Positions 27,847-39,161 of a stretch of 64,000 bases of DNA are shown one piece after another. The translations under genes were made by a program, and so were the position numbers. The stretch covers positions 24,725 to 88,724 of the forward strand of contig JBDHKN010000026.1 of the NCBI GenBank assembly GCA_039586365.1, read 5' to 3'. The stretch's first letter is position 1. The number at the start of each line of letters is the position of its first letter. A model generated the notes under the pieces. The model was not told the DNA's origin. It ran no database searches and saw only the letters and a list, made by a program, of their open reading frames with translations. This stretch comes from Gemmatimonadota bacterium. GTDB taxonomy: Bacteria > Gemmatimonadota > Gemmatimonadetes > Gemmatimonadales > GWC2-71-9.

Positions 27847-29303
27847 ACGCGCTTGCGCATGCGCGCCGGGAGGATGTTCAACTGATCCCGGTATTTGGCG
27901 ACGGTCCTCCGTGCGATTTGGATACCGCGTTCCTTGAGTGCCTTGACGATTGCTGAGTCGGTGAGGGGAGCGGACACATCCTCTTCGGATACCAGTTTTT
28001 GAATCTGTGCCTTGACGGCCCGCGAACTGGCATCCTCACCGGTCGTCGTGCCCAGGCTGCTCGAGAAGAAGAACTTGAGTGGATAGACACCGCGCGGCGT
28101 CTGCACGTATTTCTGGCTCGTCACCCTGCTCACCGTCGACTCATGCATCTCGATGACATCGGCAACTTCGCGCAACGTGAGTGGGTGTAGATGTTCAACT
28201 CCCTTTTCGAAGAAGCCACGCTGCCGATCCACGATGAAATTCATCACCTTCAGCATGGTCTGGCGTCGCTGCTCGATGGCCTGTATCAGCCAACTGGCGC
28301 TGTTCAATTTGTCTGTAATGAACTCTCGGTTCTCGCCGACGAACTTCTTCTTGTCACCAGCAATCTGCTGATAGATACGACTGATCCGCAGCCGCGGTAC
28401 TCCGCCATCGTTGAGGAAGACCCGGTAGTGGCCGTCGATCTTCTCGACCGTCAAATCGGGCACCACATAGGTGTCGCCTGCGCTCATGTGCCGGATACCC
28501 GGTTTCGGATCGAGTCTGGCCAATTCATCGGCAGCATCCTGAACCTCGCGCGGGTCGAGCTGGTAACGCTTGGCCAATTCGCTCCAGCGATGCGCAATGA
28601 GGTCGTCGAACGCCTCAGAGACCAGCTTGTAGGTGAGAGTGTCTTGCTCCCCCAGCTCCCTCATCTGTAGCAGCAGGCACTCTCTAAGATCACGCGCCGC
28701 TATCCCAGGTGGATCCAACAACTGCATGATCCGGAGCAACTCCTCTGCCTCTTCAACGGTGAAGTTTGCCGCGGCTTCATGCTCCACAGCAATGACGGGT
28801 GGAGCTTCCCCCTCCAGCAGGAGTCTGTTGGCTTCGTCTACGATCTCCTCCAATGTCGCGCGGAGATAGCCATCATCAGCGATGTTACCGATGAAGAAAT
28901 CAGCCAAGAAGCGCTGCCGGGCAGTGAGATCGAGCAACTGTAGCTGCTCGTAGAGGTAGTCGCTGAGGTCGTGCAGCTCAACGGGAGTTGGCTCATAGTA
29001 CTCCCGCTCTTCGAATTCGGCACGCATGCCTCCCGTGCTGAACCCGTCCAGGATGATGTCTTCCCAATTGACTTCGTCGTCGCCCTTGGACTCTTCCTTT
29101 TCCTGCTCCTTCTCAGCAGTGGTCTGTTCTTCCTCCTCGTCCGGTTCTTGCATTTCCAGGAAGGGATTGGTGAGCAGTTCCTGCTTGAGGTGTTGCTGCA
29201 GGTCCAACATTGGCATATACAACAGATCCATCGCCTGATAGAGGCGAGGATTCATCCTGAGTTCTTGCCTGAGTACCGCGCTCTGCTGTAACGTAGTCTT
29301 CAT
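27843..29303 (-). CDS. rpoN: RNA polymerase sigma-54 factor
   Basis: ARDLRECLLLQ, HESTVSRV, RpoN box ARRTVAKYR. Confidence 0.98.
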   Translation of the reverse strand: MKTTLQQSAVLRQELRMNPRLYQAMDLLYMPMLDLQQHLKQELLTNPFLEMQEPDEEEEQTTAEKEQEKEESKGDDEVNWEDIILDGFSTGGMRAEFEEREYYEPTPVELHDLSDYLYEQLQLLDLTARQRFLADFFIGNIADDGYLRATLEEIVDEANRLLLEGEAPPVIAVEHEAAANFTVEEAEELLRIMQLLDPPGIAARDLRECLLLQMRELGEQDTLTYKLVSEAFDDLIAHRWSELAKRYQLDPREVQDAADELARLDPKPGIRHMSAGDTYVVPDLTVEKIDGHYRVFLNDGGVPRLRISRIYQQIAGDKKKFVGENREFITDKLNSASWLIQAIEQRRQTMLKVMNFIVDRQRGFFEKGVEHLHPLTLREVADVIEMHESTVSRVTSQKYVQTPRGVYPLKFFFSSSLGTTTGEDASSRAVKAQIQKLVSEEDVSAPLTDSAIVKALKERGIQIARRTVAKYRDQLNILPARMRKRV

Positions 29304-30523
29304 GCAGCCGCTCCCAACCGTTCCCGTAACCGGCTCGTCAGAGTAGGCCCTAGATAAAGATCGGCCACTTGGTCGTTGAACACCAGTTCCCGAACCGTGC
29401 CCGCTACCTGGACCTTCCCCTCGAACATGATATATGCCCGGTCAACGATATCCAGGGTCTGTTCCACGTTGTGGTCGGTAATGAGCACGCCGATACCGCG
29501 CCGCCGCAGGCCGGCCACTATGGTCTGAATGTCGTTGACGGCGATCGGATCCACCCCGGCAAACGGCTCGTCCAGCAACATGAACTTGGGTGACGTGACC
29601 AGTGCTCTGGTGATTTCCAGGCGACGTCTTTCACCGCCTGAGAGTTTGTAGGCCGGCACCTTTCTGAGATACTTGATTGACAGCTCGTCCAACAGCGTCT
29701 CGAGACGGCTGTTCCGCTCGTCGTCCGACACCGGCAGTGTCTCGAGGATTGCCTTGACATTATCCTCTACGGTGAGCTTGCGGAACACTGAAGGCTCCTG
29801 AGCCAGGTAGCCAATGCCCCTGCGAGCCCGCTGGTACATGGGGAGCATCGAGATGTCGGCACCATCGATCTCGATCTTTCCCGCATTGGGTTTGACCAAT
29901 CCCGTGATCATGTAGAAAGTGGTGGTCTTGCCTGCACCGTTGGGACCCAGCAACCCCACTATCTCTCCCTGTTGTACATACAAGTCCACGTCGTCCACGA
30001 CCTTGCGCTTGCGGTATATCTTCGTCAACCCAAAGCCCGACAGGACGCTGCCGGTCAGCTCCGGCGTCACGGCCACTACCGGTGCCTCGATCTCCCGCAG
30101 GGACTCCAAGGCCAGATCCATCAATTCCTCATACAGGGTGGCGCGATCTTCGCTCAGCAGCTGCCAGACCTCCGGAACCACCCGCACGCCTTGCTCGGAT
30201 ACCTGCGTGTCTGACAGGGTCCACGCGCCATGGCTGTAGCTCACGCTCACGAGACCCGGTGCAATGATTCCCGCGGTTGCCAGCCGCGGCAGGACGGAAG
30301 ACAGCAGGTGGTGGCGCACCTCGTCGACCGAGAGAGTGCCTCGTTGGGTGGCAGCATCACCGCGCTCACGGCGTTGCAGCTCAAGGTGGGCCTCGCGGTA
30401 TGCTACGGCCAGGTCGTCGAACTTCGCAGCACCCGATTCGTCAGCGACCTTGAGCAGAGCGGCCGCAGCCAGAGGCGACGAGGAATCCCCGCCACCAAAC
30501 AAGGAGAACAACTGGCTGTTCAT
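29300..30523 (-). CDS. lptB: LPS export ABC ATPase LptB with an extra ~155-aa N-terminal domain
   Basis: GPNGAGKTT, YLAQEPSVFRKL, LSGGERRR, LLDEPFAGVDP, ITDHNV; upstream of rpoN. Confidence 0.93.
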   Translation of the reverse strand: MNSQLFSLFGGGDSSSPLAAAALLKVADESGAAKFDDLAVAYREAHLELQRRERGDAATQRGTLSVDEVRHHLLSSVLPRLATAGIIAPGLVSVSYSHGAWTLSDTQVSEQGVRVVPEVWQLLSEDRATLYEELMDLALESLREIEAPVVAVTPELTGSVLSGFGLTKIYRKRKVVDDVDLYVQQGEIVGLLGPNGAGKTTTFYMITGLVKPNAGKIEIDGADISMLPMYQRARRGIGYLAQEPSVFRKLTVEDNVKAILETLPVSDDERNSRLETLLDELSIKYLRKVPAYKLSGGERRRLEITRALVTSPKFMLLDEPFAGVDPIAVNDIQTIVAGLRRRGIGVLITDHNVEQTLDIVDRAYIMFEGKVQVAGTVRELVFNDQVADLYLGPTLTSRLRERLGAAA

Positions 30524-31974
30524 GAGGGCGGCTTCTTTATGGGTTCCAGATACACACCGTCAGCTTGTCCAATCACATCCACTCTCTCCACAGTCTCATT
30601 GGTGAACAGCGCGATGATAGTCAGTCCTCGCGAGTAGTTGAACGCCGGGGCCGCAGTACTGTCAGCTTCGTCGAAGATCTTGTAGAAGGCCTTGGCGTTG
30701 CCCCGAGCAATCAGCTCGGTCAGAGTACGAGCGCCCGTCTCCGTGCTGTCGAACCGCGCTACCACCGTGTCACCCGATATCCAGTCGGCTTCACGCTGCC
30801 ACGAGCCGACGTCAGGTGCTAACGAGTCAACCACAGCCGCCAACGAGTCGCCTTCTGTCGCCAGAGAGTCGACTTCCGTTACCAGCGAGTCGCCTTCAAT
30901 GGCCAACGAGTCGACCTCAGCTGCTGACGGGTCGACTTCGTTCGCTACCGAGTCAACCACAGCCACTACGGTCTTCGCGAGAGCGTTGCCGAAGCCCCGC
31001 ATCTCAGTAAGTTGCTGATCCGGCGTGTCCACCGCCAGAGAATCAGCCGTAATCGTATACTCCTGTGACCGCGCCTCCGGATGGGTGGAGTCCCCCCACG
31101 CCAGCGCCGTTTGGATCAAGTCGTCGGCCACCGAGAAGGCGATTGTGTCGGCGACGATGTCCCACTCGTTGCTCGTGGCACGAGCACTGTCCTGTGCCTG
31201 CACCCAGTCGAGCTTGTCGTCCACCAGATGGAACGCTATGCTGTGACCGTTAAGGTTGAACCCCAGAGAATCCTGCGAAGAGGCCTCCGCTGCCCCAACG
31301 ATCGTCCCTTCCCCTCCCTCGATATCGAGTGAGGCGCTATCGCCCTTGGCAGCAAAATCGCTGCGGGTGATAGTGACATTCCCTACAGCCCAAGTGGAGT
31401 TGCCCAGCAACCGCACTCGATCTGCCAGGATTATATATGGCTCTGCGCTGTCAGCTTCTGTGCGGTAGACCACAGTCGGCCGCAGGGTGGCCAGCAACTC
31501 GGCCGGCTCTCTGAGCCCCGCTACCTCCCGCAAATAGGTCAACCTCGGTCCCGTCAATACGGTGCCGGTGGCCCGGTTGGTCAGTCTAACGTGCCCCTGG
31601 GCCTCTAGCCGCTCACCTCGTTCGTGGTAAGTAGCACGATCGGCGATGAGTTCAGCAGTGGAATCCTGGAAGCGCACCCCTCCGACGAATTCAATGCGAC
31701 CAGCCGATACGAAACGGGCGACACTGTCCGCGTGAGCGTTCCACACAACCACCCCGGCGCTAGGTGTGCCCGGATTGGCCACGCAAGACCACCACACCCC
31801 TCCCGACCCGTACTCCCGAATCTGTCCTGTCGCAGTCACAATCCGGCGCCCAACCCTGCTGCTGTCCAGCGTCACCAGGCAATCGGAAGACTGCTGAGCT
31901 ACCGCCGGCTGCGCAGCAGACACTGCTACCAGCAGCGCGATTGTCGCTCCCGGCACCGCAACAGCAGGACGCAA
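30520..31974 (-). CDS. LptA/OstA-like periplasmic beta-jellyroll protein
   Basis: Signal peptide, OstA-like repeats (GGVRFQDST, AQGHVRL, GNVTI), located between lptC and lptB. Confidence 0.75.
   Translation of the reverse strand: MRPAVAVPGATIALLVAVSAAQPAVAQQSSDCLVTLDSSRVGRRIVTATGQIREYGSGGVWWSCVANPGTPSAGVVVWNAHADSVARFVSAGRIEFVGGVRFQDSTAELIADRATYHERGERLEAQGHVRLTNRATGTVLTGPRLTYLREVAGLREPAELLATLRPTVVYRTEADSAEPYIILADRVRLLGNSTWAVGNVTITRSDFAAKGDSASLDIEGGEGTIVGAAEASSQDSLGFNLNGHSIAFHLVDDKLDWVQAQDSARATSNEWDIVADTIAFSVADDLIQTALAWGDSTHPEARSQEYTITADSLAVDTPDQQLTEMRGFGNALAKTVVAVVDSVANEVDPSAAEVDSLAIEGDSLVTEVDSLATEGDSLAAVVDSLAPDVGSWQREADWISGDTVVARFDSTETGARTLTELIARGNAKAFYKIFDEADSTAAPAFNYSRGLTIIALFTNETVERVDVIGQADGVYLEPIKKPPS
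30818..30963 (-). repeat. Seven imperfect 21-bp in-frame tandem repeats encoding (E/V)(V/G)DS(L/V)xx
   Basis: GAGTC on + at 30824, 30845, 30866, 30887, 30908, 30950 and GGGTC at 30929. Confidence 0.9.
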
Positions 31975-32511
31975 CTAACGGCTCCCGGGCTCTCGCACCG
32001 AGCCTGCCAACGTCGTCCCCTCTACCTCCCGGAAGTCGGGATCGGCGATGAAGCTCTCACCGGTCAGGTGTTCGCCCGGGGCGTCATACACGAAGGCACA
32101 CGGCCCAGTGATCTCATCGTGATCCTGGCTGTAGGTGATGGAGCACGTCGTGAGGCGGCGCCCATCGGGTGTCACCGCAAGGACGCTGTCCCTTGCCTCC
32201 ATGTTGCCGGTCCGCCAATCGTAGGTACCTTCGCGTGCCGTCAGCGTCGACCGCCGTTCGCCCAGCGCTGAATAGAACTGGACTTCGAGTACATACAGCT
32301 CCCATTCCTCTCGTTCGGGATAGTGAAACGCTGAATCGGCCTCGAGTTCCACTCGCTGGACCCCCTCCACGGTGATGAACTTCCTGAAACCGTACGCCAC
32401 TTGATCTGCCGAATCAGGCAGTACCGACGAAGTCGGTGGTTGCTCGGGATCGGCACAGGCCCACAGGGCAGTGGCAAGCAGAGCTATAGCTATCTGTCGT
32501 CTAATGGGCAC
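31975..32511 (-). CDS. lptC: LPS export protein LptC (lipoprotein-like)
   Basis: LWAC lipobox-like; STLTAREG.YD, L.T..ITY; position after kdsC. Confidence 0.8.
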   Translation of the reverse strand: MPIRRQIAIALLATALWACADPEQPPTSSVLPDSADQVAYGFRKFITVEGVQRVELEADSAFHYPEREEWELYVLEVQFYSALGERRSTLTAREGTYDWRTGNMEARDSVLAVTPDGRRLTTCSITYSQDHDEITGPCAFVYDAPGEHLTGESFIADPDFREVEGTTLAGSVREPGSR

Positions 32512-33073
32512 CGCTCAACCTCGGTGTAGGGTCTCCTCGTTCCGCCAAGTAGCGGCGTACCACATCCTCCCACTCCCCGCGGGCGTGCAACAGCGCTTCC
32601 ACGAAGTCGCGCACTGCCCCCTGCCCTCCCGGCTTCCCTGTCACATATGCTGCTATTTCACGCACCTCAGGGCGTGCGTTCTGCACCGCCACTGGCAGGC
32701 CCACTCTACTCAACACGGGGAGATCGGGCAGATCGTCACCAACAAACGCCGCTTCCTCCATCCTGATACCCAGACGATCCAGCATCTCCTGGAATGCGGG
32801 CAGCTTGCGCGCTTTGGGGTCCTGCACGACCTCGTCGATACCGAGTTCCCGAGCTCGAATGTTGGTGGCTTCGGAATACCGTCCCGAGACGATCACCACC
32901 TTGATGCGCGCCACCTGCAGCAAATGGACGCCGACTGTGTCCTGAATATCGAACCGCTTCAACTCCGTAATCCCGCCATCGCCCATACCTATATACACCC
33001 CAGCATCCGTCATAACACCGTCCACATCCAGTCCGACCAGACGCACTCGCTTGGCCATTATTGGCTGGAGCAT
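32501..33073 (-). CDS. kdsC: KDO 8-phosphate phosphatase (HAD)
   Basis: LDVDGVMTD, SGR, FVGDDLPD, GGQGAVRDF. Confidence 0.93.
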   Translation of the reverse strand: MLQPIMAKRVRLVGLDVDGVMTDAGVYIGMGDGGITELKRFDIQDTVGVHLLQVARIKVVIVSGRYSEATNIRARELGIDEVVQDPKARKLPAFQEMLDRLGIRMEEAAFVGDDLPDLPVLSRVGLPVAVQNARPEVREIAAYVTGKPGGQGAVRDFVEALLHARGEWEDVVRRYLAERGDPTPRLSGAH

Positions 33074-33882
33074 GCTTCCCCCCTGTGCTGTACTCGCACC
33101 CAGATCTCCTTGGCGCTATCCAACAAGGACTCCAGATCCTGCAGCGGCCACATGGTTGCTCCGTCGCTGGGAGCACGGGCCGGATCAGGGTGGGTCTCGA
33201 CGAAGAACCCGTCCGCCCCAGCGGCGGCGGCGGCACGCAACAGGTCGGGCACATATTGCCGCTGGCCACCACTGCTCCCACCCGGTCCCATGCCGGGCAG
33301 CTGCACCGAGTGGGTCGCATCGAACAGGACTGGGACTCCCGTCGCCGACCTGATGCGGGCGAAGTTCCTCATGTCAACGACCAGGTCGCCATATCCGAAG
33401 AAGGTCCCGCGCTCGGTCACCGCGACATCGCCGCTCCCCGCTCGTTGTACCTTCTCCACCGCCCCCGCCATCGATTCCGGGTGCATCCACTGGCCTTTCT
33501 TGAGATTGACCGGCAACCCGGAGCCCCCCACCGCCGTCAGCAGATCGGTCTGCCGACACAGGAACGCCGGGACCTGGAGAGCATCGACAACCGCGGCCAC
33601 TCGATCCACCTGCCACGTCTCGTGCACGTCCGTTATGACTGCCAAGCTCGTCTCGTCGCGGACCCGCGCCAAACCCCGCAGGCCCGTCTCCAAGCCGGGT
33701 CCTCGTTGGGCATTGAGCGAAGAGCGGTTTGCCTTATCGAAGCTCGCCTTGTAGACGACTCTGATCCCCAGCCGCACCGCCAGCGCCGCAAGATGACGAG
33801 CGATCGTCAGGTTGAGAGCGTCATCCTCCAGGACACAGGGCCCCGCCAGGACGACCGGAGCCGGAGACCAAAATCCACCCAT
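33058..33882 (-). CDS. kdsA: KDO 8-phosphate synthase
   Basis: AGPCVLE, KASFDKANRSS, PAFLCRQTD, KKGQ, DATHSVQ. Confidence 0.97.
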   Translation of the reverse strand: MGGFWSPAPVVLAGPCVLEDDALNLTIARHLAALAVRLGIRVVYKASFDKANRSSLNAQRGPGLETGLRGLARVRDETSLAVITDVHETWQVDRVAAVVDALQVPAFLCRQTDLLTAVGGSGLPVNLKKGQWMHPESMAGAVEKVQRAGSGDVAVTERGTFFGYGDLVVDMRNFARIRSATGVPVLFDATHSVQLPGMGPGGSSGGQRQYVPDLLRAAAAAGADGFFVETHPDPARAPSDGATMWPLQDLESLLDSAKEIWVRVQHRGEACSSQ

Positions 33883-33883
33883 G

Positions 33884-36276
<2,393 letters not shown>

Positions 36277-36281
36277 AGTCC

Positions 36282-36311
36282 AAAGTAACATGTGCCAGGG
36301 CCGGCTGTCAA
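36282..36311 (-). promoter_or_regulatory. sigma70 promoter of the kdsB..rpoN..dapF run
   Basis: TTGACA-18-TACTTT with TGn extension, 5 nt before the kdsB GTG. Confidence 0.65.
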
Positions 36312-36390
36312 AAGTCGTGCCAATTGCAGGCAGTTCCCGGGGACCACACCTGAAATCATTTGATTACAGATAGTTACGGACAGGGTAACG

Positions 36391-36972
36391 CTACAGATAC
36401 CCCAGGTAATTGGCCATCAGTTGCTTCCCTATATCGGTCCCGATCGATTCCGGATGGAATTGCACACCGAAGGCCGGCTCGCTCACGTGCTGGATAGCCA
36501 TGATCTCGGCGCCGCGGGGTCGGTCGTTCGTCCAAGCCGTAACGCGCAGCTCCGCCGGCAGTGAAGCGGGGCTCACAATCAGCGAGTGGTAGCGCATCGC
36601 TCTGAACGGCGACGGCAGGCCCCGCAGTATTCCCTCGGCAGTGTGGGCAACTTCCGAGGTCTTGCCGTGCATCAGTCGCTCGGCTCTGACCACCTCACCG
36701 CCGAACGCCGCGGCAAGACCCTGGTGCCCCAAGCACACACCTAGCAATGGTACCCGCCCCACGCACCAGCGGATCAACGGGATCGTGATGCCCGCTAGTG
36801 ACGGGATGCCGGGCCCCGGTGAGATCACCACACCGGCCGGTGCCATGCGCTCCACGTCAGCAACCGCGACCTGATCGTTGCGGCGCACTAGGGGATCTGC
36901 GCCGAGCTCGCCCAGGTACTGCACCAGGTTGTAGGTGAACGAGTCATAGTTGTCCAGAACGAATATCATCAC
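36391..36972 (-). CDS. Glutamine amidotransferase, anthranilate/aminodeoxychorismate synthase component II (TrpG/PabA)
   Basis: DNYDSFTYNL, ISPGPG, GVCLGHQ, RYHSL, QFHPES. Confidence 0.95.
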   Translation of the reverse strand: MMIFVLDNYDSFTYNLVQYLGELGADPLVRRNDQVAVADVERMAPAGVVISPGPGIPSLAGITIPLIRWCVGRVPLLGVCLGHQGLAAAFGGEVVRAERLMHGKTSEVAHTAEGILRGLPSPFRAMRYHSLIVSPASLPAELRVTAWTNDRPRGAEIMAIQHVSEPAFGVQFHPESIGTDIGKQLMANYLGYL

Positions 36973-37886
36973 GCTCGAGGGTGATAGGTCTTGTGCACCG
37001 TCTGGAGGTATTCCCGGTCTACATGAGTGTATAGCTGGGTGGTAGCGAGGTTGGCGTGTCCCAGCATCTCCTGCACCGCGCGCAGATCTGCACCACCCTC
37101 CAACAGGTGTGTGGCGAACGTGTGGCGCAGAGTGTGTGGCGTCACCCGCTTGTCGATACCCGCTTGCGCCGCACAGCGCTTGATAATGCCCCAGGCCCCG
37201 ACGCGCGACAGCGGGCTACCCCTGGCGTTCAAGAAGAACCTGCCTTGCGCTTGCCCCCGGTCCAGAGTCGGCCGCGTTTCGCGAGAGTAGATGGCGGCGG
37301 CTCCCAGCGCCCTGCGACCTATCGGAACCAGGCGCTCCTTGGACCCCTTTCCCAGCACGCGGATCAGCGCTGCGTCAAACCACACGTCACTAGTTCCCAG
37401 GCCTACCAGTTCCGACACTCTCACCCCAGTGGCGTACGCCACCTCCAACAGGGCCCGATCTCTCCAGGCTAGGGTCCGATCCGGATCGGGGGCAGCCAAC
37501 AGATACTCCACTTCCGTCACGGTGAGAACGTCGGGCAAGGTGCGCCAAGCCTTGGGCGTCTCCAACCGGCCACTCGGGTCGGACGCCACCAGGCCCTCTC
37601 CGAGGAGAAACCGGTAGTAGGTACGGATAGCTGACACCTGGCGTCTGATACTGGTGACGGCGAAGCCGAGGTCCTTGAGGTGATACACGAAATCACGCAG
37701 CAACGCGTAGCTGACCGAGCCCGGCTCGTTAGCGCCGCGAGCAATGGCGTGCGCCGCCAGGCGGCGCACGTCCCGGCCGTAGTTGGTGACGGTGTTGGGA
37801 CTGTTGCCCGCCTCGAGCGCCAGATAGTCCTCGAAAGCCTCGATCCAGAAATCCCGCTCGACGGCCTGGTCCACCACTTTGCTCAC
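36969..37886 (-). CDS. xerD: Tyrosine recombinase XerD
   Basis: RDRALLE..YATGVRVSEL, GKGSKER, HTLRHTFATHLL, LGHA..TTQLYTH. Confidence 0.95.
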   Translation of the reverse strand: MSKVVDQAVERDFWIEAFEDYLALEAGNSPNTVTNYGRDVRRLAAHAIARGANEPGSVSYALLRDFVYHLKDLGFAVTSIRRQVSAIRTYYRFLLGEGLVASDPSGRLETPKAWRTLPDVLTVTEVEYLLAAPDPDRTLAWRDRALLEVAYATGVRVSELVGLGTSDVWFDAALIRVLGKGSKERLVPIGRRALGAAAIYSRETRPTLDRGQAQGRFFLNARGSPLSRVGAWGIIKRCAAQAGIDKRVTPHTLRHTFATHLLEGGADLRAVQEMLGHANLATTQLYTHVDREYLQTVHKTYHPRA

Positions 37887-38605
37887 CGTGGAGTTCCCGT
37901 CGGCGGACTTGCTTCATTCCCCTCCGGCCGCACCGTCGCGGCGGAATCGGAGGCGGACCTTCCGGCCAACTGCTTGAGCCGCTCGCTCAACAGCGCGGCT
38001 GCCCGTTTGCGACTGCGGGCAATCAACCAGCTCGCCAACGCTATCACGCTCACGCCAAGCAGCAGTCCAACCCAATTCAGATGCACCACGAAACCGGCAA
38101 TGTCATCGAGTTTGGGCAGCAAAGTGGCGGCAACGTAGGTCAGAGCGCCGTACCAGATGGCGGATCCCACAGCCAAAGGGATCAGCGAGCGGCCCCAGGT
38201 GAGGCCCGCTACGCCCGCGAAGATCGGGATCACGGCTCGTGCGCCGGGCACAAAACGGCTCGCAAACACGCCCCAAGTTCCATAGTCTGCATACAGCCGC
38301 TCCAACCTCAGGAGGTGTTTCGGGTTGAGCAATCTGCGTCCCAGACGCCCGGTGAAGAAGCGTCGCCCCAGTGTACGCGCAGCTACGTATACACCAGCTC
38401 CCGATGCGACGTTGGCTGCCCAGGTGACTCCAAACACCGACCAGGCCGATACGGCACCGGTGCTCGAGAGAAAAGCCCCCAACGCCACGGCCGTATCCGC
38501 CGGCACGGGAGGGAACACATTCTCAACACTCGCAAGCACTCCAATGACGGTGTAGACGACGCCGGGAGGAAGTGACTGAAGTAGTCGTAGCAGACTCTCG
38601 AGCAG
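37883..38605 (-). CDS. DedA family membrane protein (probable CTG start at 38605; first canonical start 38539)
   Basis: ENVFPPVPAD, SRFVPGAR; coding-like frame extends to a CTG preceded by GGAGG. Confidence 0.85.
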   Translation of the reverse strand: MLESLLRLLQSLPPGVVYTVIGVLASVENVFPPVPADTAVALGAFLSSTGAVSAWSVFGVTWAANVASGAGVYVAARTLGRRFFTGRLGRRLLNPKHLLRLERLYADYGTWGVFASRFVPGARAVIPIFAGVAGLTWGRSLIPLAVGSAIWYGALTYVAATLLPKLDDIAGFVVHLNWVGLLLGVSVIALASWLIARSRKRAAALLSERLKQLAGRSASDSAATVRPEGNEASPPTGTPR

Positions 38606-38606
38606 G

Positions 38607-39086
38607 CTAGGCGCCTCCGATCGACGCGACGGCGAAGACCTGAATTCCCTTGCCGCGGCCGACTGAATCCATCTTCTCGTTGGTCTTCGCCTTGATGGAC
38701 ACAGCGCGTGTCGGCAGCCCCAGAGCTCGCGACACGTTGTCGCACATGCTCTCGATGTACGGCGCCAGCTTGGGTGCCTCCAGGACGACAGTCACGTCTA
38801 CGTTCACGATCGTGTAGCTCGCGGCGTTCAAACGGTGCCGCACCTCTTTCAGCAGGGTTAGTGAGTCGGCCCCCTTCCAGCGCGCGTCAGTATCGGGGAA
38901 CAGCCTGCCGATGTCTCCCATCGCCGCGGCCCCGAGCAGAGCATCGACTACGGCATGGGTTACGGCATCCCCGTCCGAATGACCCTTGAGCCCCCTGTCG
39001 TGCTCCACCTCGACGCCACCGAGTATCAAGGGCCGCCCCGCTGCGAACAAGTGTGAATCGTAGCCGATGCCAAAACGTTGCCGCAT
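38607..39086 (-). CDS. ispF: 2-C-methyl-D-erythritol 2,4-cyclodiphosphate synthase
   Basis: GIGYDSH, GHSDGDAV.HA, GDIG..FPD, KAKTNE. Confidence 0.97.
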   Translation of the reverse strand: MRQRFGIGYDSHLFAAGRPLILGGVEVEHDRGLKGHSDGDAVTHAVVDALLGAAAMGDIGRLFPDTDARWKGADSLTLLKEVRHRLNAASYTIVNVDVTVVLEAPKLAPYIESMCDNVSRALGLPTRAVSIKAKTNEKMDSVGRGKGIQVFAVASIGGA

Positions 39087-39130
39087 GGGATGATGATATG
39101 GTATGAAGGAACGGAATGGAAGGCGAAGGC

Positions 39131-39161
39131 GGAGAGCGGAGAGGGAGAGCCGAGAGCGGAG
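39131..39161. repeat. Heptamer-type repeat (GGAGAGC)n directly after the aminotransferase stop
   Basis: GGAGAGC GGAGAG GGAGAGC CGAGAGC GGAG. Confidence 0.75.

Noticed and set aside
32471..33754. 427-aa + strand ORF
   Set aside because: Antisense to kdsA/kdsC; expected shadow ORF in GC-rich DNA
36969..37886. Tyrosine recombinase as a phage or island integrase
   Set aside because: Typical XerD size and motifs, coupled within a housekeeping operon, with no att sites or cargo
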